Part shown: positions 47,037-56,614 of the stretch, piece by piece
Numbering within the stretch: position 1 is the stretch's first letter
Layout: each line of letters starts with the position of its first letter
Virus record (IMG/VR): IMGVR_UViG_3300042894_007411
Direction: 5' to 3' (one strand)
Length of the DNA stretch: 64,000 bases
DNA from: a virus
Lineage: Duplodnaviria > Heunggongvirae > Uroviricota > Caudoviricetes
Made by a program: the position numbers and the translations under genes
The notes under the pieces: generated by a model
The model's database searches: none
What the model was told of the DNA's origin: nothing
Seen by the model: only the letters and a program-made list of their open reading frames with translations

Positions 47037-47644
47037 AAACATTTTTTTCCTTTCTAGAATCTGAAGATCTTAACAACCTAGAGGACCTTTTGTCCGGATT
47101 TGAAGATCTGGGTTTACAAGATAGAAAATGGGATGAGGACCAAATTAGAGAATGTTTGGAGGAATTAAACTGGGATGATTGTCTGACTTTCTTTGTAGAA
47201 GATTTTTTTATAGACTGGAGAGGACCGAATGTGAAAACCAAGACCAATTTAAACGGTTCAGAATTTTCAATTAAACCAGATATCGAATGTAAAATTGGGG
47301 CTCATTTAGATGTTAAGAAATTATCAGAAACCTTAGCAGAAAAATTACAAAAAAAACCTAAAACCACCCAAAATAAAAATTTGTTCACGATGGAAGAAAT
47401 TCTCAAAGGCTTCAATTTTGTTAAATGGGGAAACATATGGTCAGATTTTATGGATGATATAAGTGACAATTATAAATCTTGGGTTAAAATCAAAATGCAA
47501 GTTGAGGTTGAAGATTTTGCTAGCAATTATCCAATAAACATCGAAACTAGAATTTTGTTTGACGACTCGGACCAAGCCCCTTTCAAAATGAAAGACTGGG
47601 ACCACATTAATCGAGTTATTCAGAAAATTTTTATAGTTAACTAA
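47033..47644 (+). CDS. GFEDLG-family protein (subfamily 1)
   Basis: LLSGFEDLGLQDRKWDEDQI. Confidence 0.85.
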   Translation: MKTFFSFLESEDLNNLEDLLSGFEDLGLQDRKWDEDQIRECLEELNWDDCLTFFVEDFFIDWRGPNVKTKTNLNGSEFSIKPDIECKIGAHLDVKKLSETLAEKLQKKPKTTQNKNLFTMEEILKGFNFVKWGNIWSDFMDDISDNYKSWVKIKMQVEVEDFASNYPINIETRILFDDSDQAPFKMKDWDHINRVIQKIFIVN

Positions 47645-47667
47645 ATGAAAATTGATATTAATCATCT

Positions 47668-48003
47668 ATGAAACATCTAGCGAATTTTTTACTTTTCGAG
47701 AAGGTTATACTTCAGGGTGATAATATGAAGGAAAGAGCCGAAATTCTAAGAAAAATTATTCGAGGAAAATTAGAACCAGATGATGTTATCAACAAAGACA
47801 AATTTGATTACAAGAAGTGGTCACAAACAATCAAAGAACTTAAGGCAATTTATTTAAGAAAAAAATTTACAATTACGGATTCTCTAAATTTGCTTTATGT
47901 CGAACCTTCTTACCTTCCTGCCTATATAAAATTTGAAAAACCTAAACTGAAGGAAAAAAAGAAATCACCCGAAAAAGAAAAGGAAAAAACTAAGACAAAG
48001 TAG
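47668..48003 (+). CDS. MKHLANFLLFE-type basic protein
   Basis: 111 aa. Confidence 0.8.
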   Translation: MKHLANFLLFEKVILQGDNMKERAEILRKIIRGKLEPDDVINKDKFDYKKWSQTIKELKAIYLRKKFTITDSLNLLYVEPSYLPAYIKFEKPKLKEKKKSPEKEKEKTKTK

Positions 48004-48101
48004 TAAAACTTCCCAATTTAGGTAAATTTTAAGTTTTTTTCCAAGAATGTGTGAAACTTAAAATTCTCTCCATCATAGAAAAGGTGTTTAAACTCAATTT
48101 T

Positions 48102-48305
48102 ATGTCAAACACAACCAAAAAACCCCAAGTGTCCTACCAGGACAAAATGAACGTCATCCACAGCAAAAGCAGAAGGGGTGATCAAAAAAGAATTTCCGAG
48201 ATGACCGGTTATTCTGCCTCTTATGTGTCTGAAGTTTTGTCGGCTCGGTACAACAACGATGAAATCGTTAACTGCGCCTACAAAATTATGAGACCCCGGA
48301 AGTAA
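48102..48305 (+). CDS. small HTH DNA-binding protein
   Basis: RRGDQKRISEMTGYSASYVSEVL; terminator hairpin AAGCCCCAC-TTCG-GTGGGGCTT at about 48321-48342. Confidence 0.75.
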   Translation: MSNTTKKPQVSYQDKMNVIHSKSRRGDQKRISEMTGYSASYVSEVLSARYNNDEIVNCAYKIMRPRK

Positions 48306-48363
48306 TTTTCTTCCAACTTCAAGCCCCACTTCGGTGGGGCTTTTTTTTTAAATTTAAATCCAA

Positions 48364-48969
48364 ATGGAAATAATTATCAAAAAAGACAGACCCAATTATT
48401 TTAAATCTCATCTTAAAAAATTAAAGACGGGAAGGGGGGTAATTTTACAAGCAGGGGAAGGAAAATCTGCCAAAGAAATTTTGTCTTGCTGGCCAGGTAC
48501 AGTATTCTTGGTAGACTCGTGGTCTGATTCACAAGATATTGAAATAAGAGTACCGGGGATGGCGGGAGAAACAGTTTTGCTTCGGGCCTTGGACAGAATT
48601 AAGTTGTATGGAGATCGAGCTATTTTGATCAGGACCAGCACCGAAAAAGCGGGCAATTTATTTGGTCCAGAAAGTCTTGATTTTGTTTTTTTACAGGACA
48701 TTACAACCTATGAAGAGGTCAAAAGCACAATCAAAGAGTGGATTCCTAAAATCAAACCAGGAGGTGTGATTGGCGGATTTGGATTTTTAAATTCTAATTT
48801 ACAAAATTCCGGAAAAGAAAATGGTAACAATCAAATGATTTGGAACGAAGATGGGGTATTTTTGGGTTACTTTGGTGTTAACCGTGCAGTTAGAGAAACT
48901 GTAGGTTTTAGATTTGATGTAAGCGTAACCTCGGAAGAGGTAGGATCATGGTTTGTTACTCTTGAGTAG
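48364..48969 (+). CDS. class I SAM-dependent methyltransferase-like protein (Methyltransf_24-like, degenerate)
   Basis: FLVDSW...ESLDFVFL..YEEVKSTIKEWIPKIKPGGVIGG. Confidence 0.7.
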   Translation: MEIIIKKDRPNYFKSHLKKLKTGRGVILQAGEGKSAKEILSCWPGTVFLVDSWSDSQDIEIRVPGMAGETVLLRALDRIKLYGDRAILIRTSTEKAGNLFGPESLDFVFLQDITTYEEVKSTIKEWIPKIKPGGVIGGFGFLNSNLQNSGKENGNNQMIWNEDGVFLGYFGVNRAVRETVGFRFDVSVTSEEVGSWFVTLE

Positions 48970-49252
48970 GAGGTTCTTCACCCCTATTTCCATTTAATTT
49001 TTTTTCCTTTTGAATCTCCGTGAGTATGTAACCAGAAATGGCGAACTCAATCCCAGCCCAAATAGCTATATCTGAAGAAGTGGCCTCGGAGTGATTTTCA
49101 AGCAGCCAATAAACCATTCCCCATTGCCCGATGATAAAGGCTATGGAAGATTCTAGCCTTTTTTTGGAAAAAAAAGAAGATTGAGAGGTATAAATACCTA
49201 AAAGTTCTTTACCTAGCCAATATAGCCGATCTTTCCAAAATTCAATTTTCAT
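48956..49252 (-). CDS. small 2-TM membrane protein (holin-like, unproven)
   Basis: FSKKRLESSIAFIIGQWGM...IAIWAGIEFAISGY. Confidence 0.65.
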   Translation of the reverse strand: MKIEFWKDRLYWLGKELLGIYTSQSSFFSKKRLESSIAFIIGQWGMVYWLLENHSEATSSDIAIWAGIEFAISGYILTEIQKEKKLNGNRGEEPPTQE

Positions 49253-49307
49253 GGTTCAATTTTTTGATATATATATTTTTGGTGATTGAAAATGTATAAT
49301 CTAATTT

Positions 49308-50132
49308 ATGAAACGTATCCTTCCATTTGTACTTTTCGAATCCAAAGCTGTTCGTCTTCTTTGTGGTCCCACCAAGAAGCAGGAGGAATTCTTAAATCGT
49401 TACACACGAGGAACCTGGTCTGTTAATCCATCAACTGGTTTGGTGGACGTTCAGGGTGATTTTGATTGTTTCGATCTACGTCTGAAATCCTTTCGAGGAA
49501 TCTCGTTCGGACATGTCAGTGGGTATTTCGGCTGTTCCGGCAACCAGCTGACCTCCCTGGAAGGAGCACCCCAGACGGTGGGTGGGGGTTTCCACTGTTC
49601 CAACAACCGATTGACCTCCCTGAAAGGAGCACCCCTGACGGTGAACGGGGATTTCCTCTGTTACAACAACCAGCTGACCTCGCTGGCGGGAGCACCACAG
49701 ACGGTGGGTGGGTTTTTTAAGTGTTACGACAACCAGCTGACCTCTCTTAAAGGAGCACCTCAGACGGTGGGTGATGCTTTCTCCTGTTACGACAACCAGC
49801 TGACCTCCCTCGAAGGAGCACCTCAGACGGTGGGTGGGAAATTCTATTGTGATTTATTCGAAATACAAAAAGGCAAATGGAACATGGAAGGATGGGCGGA
49901 GGTTCTGAACACAGGAACACCAGCAGCCCAAAAATTGATTCTCACCCTCCCATGGCTAGGACCGGACTGGTGGAACCAGGAACTCCAACGGGATCCAGCG
50001 AAAACAGTTCATCTATTGGCCACTGTATGGAACCACATGCCAAAGGACATGCAATCTGCAATCAAGATTCCTAAGGGATATGAGAATCAGTTGGATCTGT
50101 TTTCTGGATTCGACGAGCTGGGCTTGTTTTGA
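49308..50132 (+). CDS. short-LRR repertoire protein 12 (5 modules)
   Basis: Same caps and modules. Confidence 0.9.
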   Translation: MKRILPFVLFESKAVRLLCGPTKKQEEFLNRYTRGTWSVNPSTGLVDVQGDFDCFDLRLKSFRGISFGHVSGYFGCSGNQLTSLEGAPQTVGGGFHCSNNRLTSLKGAPLTVNGDFLCYNNQLTSLAGAPQTVGGFFKCYDNQLTSLKGAPQTVGDAFSCYDNQLTSLEGAPQTVGGKFYCDLFEIQKGKWNMEGWAEVLNTGTPAAQKLILTLPWLGPDWWNQELQRDPAKTVHLLATVWNHMPKDMQSAIKIPKGYENQLDLFSGFDELGLF

Positions 50133-50141
50133 TAATAAAAA

Positions 50142-50792
50142 ATGGAATCAGAAAAAAAAATTGAATTTGTTAAATGGTTCTTGGGAACCTTTGTTCTGGT
50201 GATTATTACTACTTTTATTTCTTTTTACTTTCAGAATAGAGAACAATCTTTAAAAGAAGTTACTTTCTACGATAAATATGCCACGGAGCTTATCGTATTA
50301 AACCCAGATATTGCCAAAAGAAGACTTCTATCTCAATATTTTGCCCACGTAACACCAAACGCCCAAGTTAGGGCACAATGGATGTCCTATTACAAAGTCG
50401 TAAACGAAGAATGGCTAAATTCTACCGGTCAACTAGCACCACCCCCACAATCATCCATCCCTTTAGATTCTTCTGCCACATTTTTCAGTGAGCATCAAGA
50501 ACAAGAAAAAAAAGATGATCCTTTAGATTTCGTACTGCCTGGAACCAAATTTCAATCTGCTTCCGATTTGGAAAGGTTAGGCTGGGAATCTCTGCTTGAT
50601 GGCAAATATGAAGATGCTCTCTTTTATTTTAGAAGGTGCGAGGACATATATCCAGGTTTCCATTCTATTTGGGAGACAATAAAATTTTTGGAATCTAACC
50701 CAAATTACGAAGTTTCAAGTATGAAAACTGATTTAAAAAAATACACATGGAAACTTCCGGCAGATTTAAAACGAAGAGTTGAATCTCTTTAA
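50142..50792 (+). CDS. membrane-anchored protein with a C-terminal TPR-like helix pair
   Basis: N-terminal TM; LGWESLLDGKYEDALFYF. Confidence 0.8.
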   Translation: MESEKKIEFVKWFLGTFVLVIITTFISFYFQNREQSLKEVTFYDKYATELIVLNPDIAKRRLLSQYFAHVTPNAQVRAQWMSYYKVVNEEWLNSTGQLAPPPQSSIPLDSSATFFSEHQEQEKKDDPLDFVLPGTKFQSASDLERLGWESLLDGKYEDALFYFRRCEDIYPGFHSIWETIKFLESNPNYEVSSMKTDLKKYTWKLPADLKRRVESL

Positions 50793-50819
50793 ATAAATGT
50801 TGAAATGGATATATAAAAA

Positions 50820-52751
50820 ATGCAATTTAATCTACAGAAATTTTCTGATTTCGTTTGGCAAAGAATTTTGGAGGAAGACGATAATCCGGTTTCACCTCAA
50901 ACCACTCCCAATCCGTTTAGTTCACATTGGCTTGACCGAACTGCATTACCAGGAGACCCGGAATACGGGAAAAAAAAGTCTAGAATAGTTCCATTCGAAG
51001 AGGATATAAACCCGGAGGGATTTGTTCTAAAACAAAATCTTTTAAATTCCAATGGAATTATAATTGATAGTCTGACTTTAAATAATGTCTTAACGGGATC
51101 AGTGTTAGATTTTGAAGAATTGAGAAAAATTCTATCCCGTATTTTTTATAAAATTGCCAGAAGTTCCAAAATCAAAAATTTTTTAATCCAAACTGAAAAT
51201 ATTTCAGGTTTAAAGTCCAATTGGATCATGTTTTTGGGAAAAGTTTGTTTGAAAAATTCATCCTTAACAGATGAAAAATTATTTTTAGATTTCAGATGGG
51301 TTAAGGCTGTGGAGGAAAAAACCGGAGGTTCAATGTGGGGAGGAGGAAAAGGAATTGATCCTGGAGCAATGACGATTTTGTTTTATTCTATAGGATCTAA
51401 TTCAGATCCAATCTACAATCGTTATATTCAGAAAAACGCTGCTTTAGGTGAGATTGCCAACCAAGCAGGACAGAGAATTGTCAGAGTGCCAAGTGCTTCC
51501 GAAATTAAATCGGTTCAACTACTCTATCCTTTAGGTAAAGATTTCACCTTCGAAATTGACCTCCAGGAAAATTTATTTCAAATTCTGAATTCAATACAAA
51601 CACAAATTCATTCTGCACAGGAGGAATTCCCAGTGGTAGATCAAAAACAAGAAAAAATTGATTTTGTACCTCAAAAAATATTCAATCTTTTCCAAGAAAA
51701 TGCCATTTGGTTTTTAGATGGGGATTTGGTTTTTAACAACGAGAAAATTTTAGATATTTTTGATGCCATAGATGATGGAAGATTTTTAATCTGGGATTCA
51801 AATCAGAAGACTTATTCTAGTCCAACCTATATTTTTACCGATGAAATGTTGGTGAAAACAAGAAAAAGACTGGAAAATTTTTTCTCCCATTTCTATGAAC
51901 AATTTGAAAAACAAAAGTACTCTAGAGTTAGTTTGCAAAATCTTAACACACAAAATTTTAAAAATGCTTTTGAAGATATCAAGTTGTGCTTTGATAACTT
52001 TAAATTTAAAAAAGGAATGGATTTTAAAAAATTAAATTCCAAAATGAGACAAGAAATTGAAAAGACGACAGAAAACAAAAAAAACCGTGTTTCTGATTTT
52101 TCTAATTTTTTGGCAGAAAGGGAAAAAATTTCCGCCAGGAAGAAAAATCCATGTTGGTCTGGTTACAAAAAGGTGGGAATGAAAACCAAAAATGGCAAAT
52201 CCGTGCCCAACTGTGTTCCTGTAAACAAATCTAAGAATATTTTAGGAGAAAATGAGAATATAGATGACATAATTTCTGGGTTCGAAGATCTTGGAATTAA
52301 TAAAAAACTCAAGGTTTGGTTTATAGACTGGGAGTCTCATGTAGATGGTTGTAGTCGATATCTATTGTGTGTTGAAGGCTACACCAGACCGGAAGCCATT
52401 TTGAAAATTGCAGAAACTTTGAGTGTAGAAGATGGGGTAGATCAGGAAGATTGGAAAAATTTTTTAAATCTCGTGGAAGAAGATAAAGATGGAATTTGGG
52501 GAGAATTGGTTCAACTAGTTCAGGAGTCGAATTACAGAGAGGAAGAAGAAACCCTTTTGTCTGTTAATGTCATGGATCACCCTAAACCCTCAGCTTTAGA
52601 ACTTGAGCCTAGATCGCTCACTCTTTATAATGATTTCAATTCTTTTACAAAAAATGCAGAATTGGTTCTAGAGGCTGACAGAAATTTGAAATCTTGGTAT
52701 GGAATAAATTTGGACTCAATTGAAAAATTAGAATCAGACCATTGGATATAA
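50820..52751 (+). CDS. multi-module protein: unknown domain + PCWSGYKKVGMK..NCVP motif + SGFEDLG domain
   Basis: 643 aa; the C-terminal about 170 aa is paralogous to the next three genes. Confidence 0.85.
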   Translation: MQFNLQKFSDFVWQRILEEDDNPVSPQTTPNPFSSHWLDRTALPGDPEYGKKKSRIVPFEEDINPEGFVLKQNLLNSNGIIIDSLTLNNVLTGSVLDFEELRKILSRIFYKIARSSKIKNFLIQTENISGLKSNWIMFLGKVCLKNSSLTDEKLFLDFRWVKAVEEKTGGSMWGGGKGIDPGAMTILFYSIGSNSDPIYNRYIQKNAALGEIANQAGQRIVRVPSASEIKSVQLLYPLGKDFTFEIDLQENLFQILNSIQTQIHSAQEEFPVVDQKQEKIDFVPQKIFNLFQENAIWFLDGDLVFNNEKILDIFDAIDDGRFLIWDSNQKTYSSPTYIFTDEMLVKTRKRLENFFSHFYEQFEKQKYSRVSLQNLNTQNFKNAFEDIKLCFDNFKFKKGMDFKKLNSKMRQEIEKTTENKKNRVSDFSNFLAEREKISARKKNPCWSGYKKVGMKTKNGKSVPNCVPVNKSKNILGENENIDDIISGFEDLGINKKLKVWFIDWESHVDGCSRYLLCVEGYTRPEAILKIAETLSVEDGVDQEDWKNFLNLVEEDKDGIWGELVQLVQESNYREEEETLLSVNVMDHPKPSALELEPRSLTLYNDFNSFTKNAELVLEADRNLKSWYGINLDSIEKLESDHWI

Positions 52752-52764
52752 AATAAGAAAATGT

Positions 52765-53274
52765 ATGGCACTTAAAAATTTTTTAGATTTTTTTCTGACC
52801 GAAAACTCAGAGGAAGAAATTAATTCTTTAATTTCTGGATTTGAGGATTTGGGCATAAATGAAAAGCCCAAGGTTTGGTTCTTCTCGGCTGATTCCAGAG
52901 CGGATGGTTTCATAGAAGAATTGTTGGTTGTAGAGGCTACAACTGAAATAGAAGCAATTAAGATGGTCTTAAAACATTCTTTAATTAATTATGAAGAGGA
53001 AGAAGATGGTTCTATCTCCACTGAAGACGGCGACCCAATAAAAGATTTAGAAGACCTCGCAACAGCTTGTGAAGATTATTACAGCGATGTAAATTATTCA
53101 TTTTCTTTCATAGACCAAATTACACACCCATTCCCGAGCCGATATCAACCAGGCACAACTGAGTATTCAATTTATAGACAATATCACGAGGGTTTAAGTA
53201 ATGCTTTTAAGGAGATAAATAAAACCAACGCCGAATTAAAGAGAAAATATGGCATTGGATTGGAAGATTTATAA
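52765..53274 (+). CDS. SGFEDLGINEKPKVWF family protein (subfamily 2)
   Basis: Identical 47-nt segment shared by three genes; KYGIGLEDL end. Confidence 0.85.
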   Translation: MALKNFLDFFLTENSEEEINSLISGFEDLGINEKPKVWFFSADSRADGFIEELLVVEATTEIEAIKMVLKHSLINYEEEEDGSISTEDGDPIKDLEDLATACEDYYSDVNYSFSFIDQITHPFPSRYQPGTTEYSIYRQYHEGLSNAFKEINKTNAELKRKYGIGLEDL

Positions 53275-53293
53275 GGGATAAATAAAATTTAAA

Positions 53294-53794
53294 ATGGCAC
53301 TCAAAAAATTTTTTGAATTTTCAATTTCTGAAACAGAAGAAGATCCCGAATCTTTAATTTCTGGATTTGAGGATTTGGGCATAAATGAAAAGCCCAAGGT
53401 TTGGTTTTTCATTTTAGATTGGTACGATCACAATTTTACTGGAGATATAGATAATGAGATTCCGGATTATTCATATTTAATTGTTATAGAGGCAAATTCA
53501 CAAAAAGAAGCCATGGATTTTTTAAGTGAATATAGTCAGTCAGAATTTAAGGAAGAAATTCTCAACAGAGAAAATTGGAATCAATTTCTTAAAGAATTCA
53601 ATCAAACTGCTTTGGAGGAAGCACATCCTATCGGATGTAAGTTACATCTTTTAAAAGAAATTTTCCACCCTTATTCATCTAAATTTCAACCTGGTTTTGA
53701 ATTATTTGCCCTTGATAAAGGGAACAACAAAATACTGAACCAAGAATTAATTCAAAAATATGGAGTGGGAACAGAAGACCTTCGTATTTATTAA
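53294..53794 (+). CDS. SGFEDLGINEKPKVWF family protein (subfamily 2)
   Basis: As above. Confidence 0.85.
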   Translation: MALKKFFEFSISETEEDPESLISGFEDLGINEKPKVWFFILDWYDHNFTGDIDNEIPDYSYLIVIEANSQKEAMDFLSEYSQSEFKEEILNRENWNQFLKEFNQTALEEAHPIGCKLHLLKEIFHPYSSKFQPGFELFALDKGNNKILNQELIQKYGVGTEDLRIY

Positions 53795-53808
53795 AAAAAT
53801 AAAAAATT

Positions 53809-54312
53809 ATGAAATTACAAAATTTTTCGAATTTTTCCCCCCAAAAAAAAGATGACTATGATATTGATTCTTTGATTTCTGGATTTGAGGATTTGGGCAT
53901 AAATGAAAAGCCCAAGGTTTGGTTTTTTGATTACTCTTGTTTTGGAGATGGAACTCACCAAAGAAACATTCTCGCCATACAGGCAATTTCCGAAATGGAC
54001 GCCAAAAGAATGATGATGGAATATTTTAAAGCTGGAAGACCATCGAATTTTTCCCAAAAGTTGGGAAGCGATAAAGGCTGGGAAAATTTTCTAGAATTTA
54101 TTTTAGAAAAAGCCAATCCTGCTCTTGGAATGGAAGTAATCGATTTAGTAAAAGAAATTCCATTTCCTAACCCTTCTCGATTCAAAGAGGGAATTAATAA
54201 TTTGGTTTTATATTGGTCTGAAAATCAAGCAATTGATTGTTTTCATGCTATGAATGACGTAGAAGAATATCTTAGAAAAAAATATAATATTGGATTGGAA
54301 GATTTTTCCTAA
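53809..54312 (+). CDS. SGFEDLGINEKPKVWF family protein (subfamily 2)
   Basis: As above. Confidence 0.85.
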   Translation: MKLQNFSNFSPQKKDDYDIDSLISGFEDLGINEKPKVWFFDYSCFGDGTHQRNILAIQAISEMDAKRMMMEYFKAGRPSNFSQKLGSDKGWENFLEFILEKANPALGMEVIDLVKEIPFPNPSRFKEGINNLVLYWSENQAIDCFHAMNDVEEYLRKKYNIGLEDFS

Positions 54313-54336
54313 GATCACCGAAAATTTGAATTCATT

Positions 54337-54735
54337 TCAGGTTGGATCGTGTGTGGATAATTTCCATTTCCACCCTTCAATCATCAATGAAGCAGTGGCA
54401 TAATTCGTGGCTAGTGGCACATTGTAAACATTGCAAACTCTTAGAAGCATATTTACGTCCACAATGTGAGGATGAACAGCCAAGGGGTCGATAAAAAACA
54501 CGACCCCATCCACATGTCCGTCTGCTATCATGGCGGCGATTTGGGCGTCACCCCCCATAGGTCCAGACTTCTTTTTCTCTACCCGAATCCCAGCATGTTC
54601 GATGTGTGTACCTGTGGTACCGGTGGCCACGATGTTGTGGAGGCAAAAGAAATCCATTCTTTTCATGATGAAAGCAACTATGTCAGCTTTTTTCCCATCA
54701 TGTGCAATAACTGCTATGTTTAGCGGTTTGTTCAT
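54337..54735 (-). CDS. mgsA: methylglyoxal synthase
   Basis: IAHDGKK, ATGTTG, SGPMGGDAQI, FFIDPL..HPH..DVNMLLRVCNVYNVPLATN.ATA. Confidence 0.93.
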   Translation of the reverse strand: MNKPLNIAVIAHDGKKADIVAFIMKRMDFFCLHNIVATGTTGTHIEHAGIRVEKKKSGPMGGDAQIAAMIADGHVDGVVFFIDPLAVHPHIVDVNMLLRVCNVYNVPLATNYATASLMIEGWKWKLSTHDPT

Positions 54736-55757
54736 AATTTTCTAAATTCTGGCTTCAAAATTTTCCAAATAGAATGGGTAATGTCCTTTCCGTCAAGAAG
54801 ACTAAAAAGCAAATTGGGATGTCTAAATCTGGTGGCCTGTTCCGCATAGGACTTCCGGTCGGAGGGATTAATTTTTCCAAGAATTTCTTGATGATAAGAA
54901 ACATAGTCTTTTCGAATGTTGTCAAACCTAAGTGTTAAATCACCAGCTACCTCTTGGACCTTCCGATAAAATTCATCAGGTACATCCACAAGTAAATTAG
55001 TGAAATCCCCACCGGAAGCCAAAACCTCCCAGATGGCTGTCGTGGAGAGATTGGTCATGATTTTATGTAATCGCAAATATTCCTCTCCTTTGATTTTCAT
55101 CCTATCTCCATTCGAAAAACGGATCACAAAACCCTCTGCCTTATCGGAAATTTTCCCTTTTAAAGTGGAATAATCTAAAATCCCATCGTATCTGGGAGTT
55201 ATATCACAAACAATATATTTGGAAGTTAGATTTAAAATTTCGTAAGACATCTCTAATCCATCGTGGGTCCTAAATGCTCCCAAAAGGGTGAGTTTATCTT
55301 CGTTACCGTAATCTACTACAATCCGGTTCCAAGGAGCAGTTAATTCAAATAAATAGGTATACTCGTCATCAAGAGTTGAAGTGTCAAGAGCATCAAGCAG
55401 TTTTTGTCCAGCAACGGCCTGATCTGAGGTGAAAGAACCTCTAGAGGAGACGAACCAACGGTCCCACACGAAAAATGCAATTATCAGGGATCCGTCTATC
55501 TTTTCAAACACTTCGAAATCAGGAGTTGGGTTATGTTTGCCTTCCTCCAAATTAAAGAATTTACGGAAGGGCCTGGCACAGATTGTACCATCATCTGTCC
55601 AGGTAACCAATCCCCGGCAACTCAAAGTTACCTCGTCCCAAAGGGATTCGTATTGGACCTTTTCAGTGTAATTCCAAATTTCAAGGGGATACACTGGATG
55701 TTTCTGATGGTACAATAGACCTTGCTGGGCGTATTGACGTAAAGTTTGAAGTTCCAT
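54732..55757 (-). CDS. RNA ligase, T4 Rnl1-like
   Basis: CRGLV, ARPFRKFFN, motif I EKIDGSL, SRGSF, EGFVIRF, MKIKGEEY. Confidence 0.88.
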   Translation of the reverse strand: MELQTLRQYAQQGLLYHQKHPVYPLEIWNYTEKVQYESLWDEVTLSCRGLVTWTDDGTICARPFRKFFNLEEGKHNPTPDFEVFEKIDGSLIIAFFVWDRWFVSSRGSFTSDQAVAGQKLLDALDTSTLDDEYTYLFELTAPWNRIVVDYGNEDKLTLLGAFRTHDGLEMSYEILNLTSKYIVCDITPRYDGILDYSTLKGKISDKAEGFVIRFSNGDRMKIKGEEYLRLHKIMTNLSTTAIWEVLASGGDFTNLLVDVPDEFYRKVQEVAGDLTLRFDNIRKDYVSYHQEILGKINPSDRKSYAEQATRFRHPNLLFSLLDGKDITHSIWKILKPEFRKL

Positions 55758-55834
55758 ACCATATTTTAGTGTAAAAATACGAAAATTTTCTTGGAAAAAT
55801 CTCCCAAAAAAATAATTTTAAGCTATTTTATAAT

Positions 55835-56614
55835 TTAATCCTTGAAATTATAAATTTTACTGTACCTAATTTTAGGGTTAGACCTTATAGCTCTTGCCTT
55901 CTCATATTCTGTAGACTCTTCCATCCATGGGAGTTTTAAATAATCGGTTGATTTCCAAATTTGACTGTCTATTTTTTCCTCTATGTAATAATAAGAAGCG
56001 ATCGACATTCTTGGTTTTTTACCCTTAAAGGGGAAGGGCTGCCCATGGAAATTGTCCCGAGTATCAAATATTACCCAGGAATTAAATTGATTAAGTAGTT
56101 TGGTAACTTTTCCATCCTTCCAAAATTCTAATGATCCGTTGTTGAATTCCTGATCCTCGTCAGTCAAATATCCGATAACATTAATGCACCTCAAAAGCTG
56201 TTTTGTATTTGAATATGAATCTGGTAAAACGTTGAAGTCTTTATGGATAGAAAGATATCCACCATGTTTAGTTTTATGCAAACCACCTCCCCATCTTTTT
56301 TCATCAACTTTAAGATTTTCTAGTCCTGTTATTTTTTGTATAAAACTTACAAATTCATCGGAATGAATATAAATAAACAATCTTTTCAAATTTTCTGGCA
56401 TTTTATCCAAATTGTTTAATGTATATTTTTCAAACTCGAAATAGGGATCAGAGTACTTAAAAAAATCTTCATCCGATAAATCTAAAAATTCTTTTTCACA
56501 AATTTTGATAAAATCAGAATCAAAAAGGTCTTGTAATACAACGTGATTAGGGGAATTTTCTATGTAATTTTTTTTTAATTCTTCCAGATTCAAATTTTGA
56601 TTTAAAAATTTCAT
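55835..56614 (-). CDS. 2OG-Fe(II) oxygenase (prolyl-4-hydroxylase-like)
   Basis: GGGLH...LSIHKDFN (HxD), GSLEFW, FHG, R.SIASYYY. Confidence 0.85.
   Translation of the reverse strand: MKFLNQNLNLEELKKNYIENSPNHVVLQDLFDSDFIKICEKEFLDLSDEDFFKYSDPYFEFEKYTLNNLDKMPENLKRLFIYIHSDEFVSFIQKITGLENLKVDEKRWGGGLHKTKHGGYLSIHKDFNVLPDSYSNTKQLLRCINVIGYLTDEDQEFNNGSLEFWKDGKVTKLLNQFNSWVIFDTRDNFHGQPFPFKGKKPRMSIASYYYIEEKIDSQIWKSTDYLKLPWMEESTEYEKARAIRSNPKIRYSKIYNFKD

Noticed and set aside
31103-50132. A complete diversity-generating retroelement
   Set aside because: No reverse transcriptase, accessory gene or template repeat lies in the window; kept only as a hypothesis on codon pattern.
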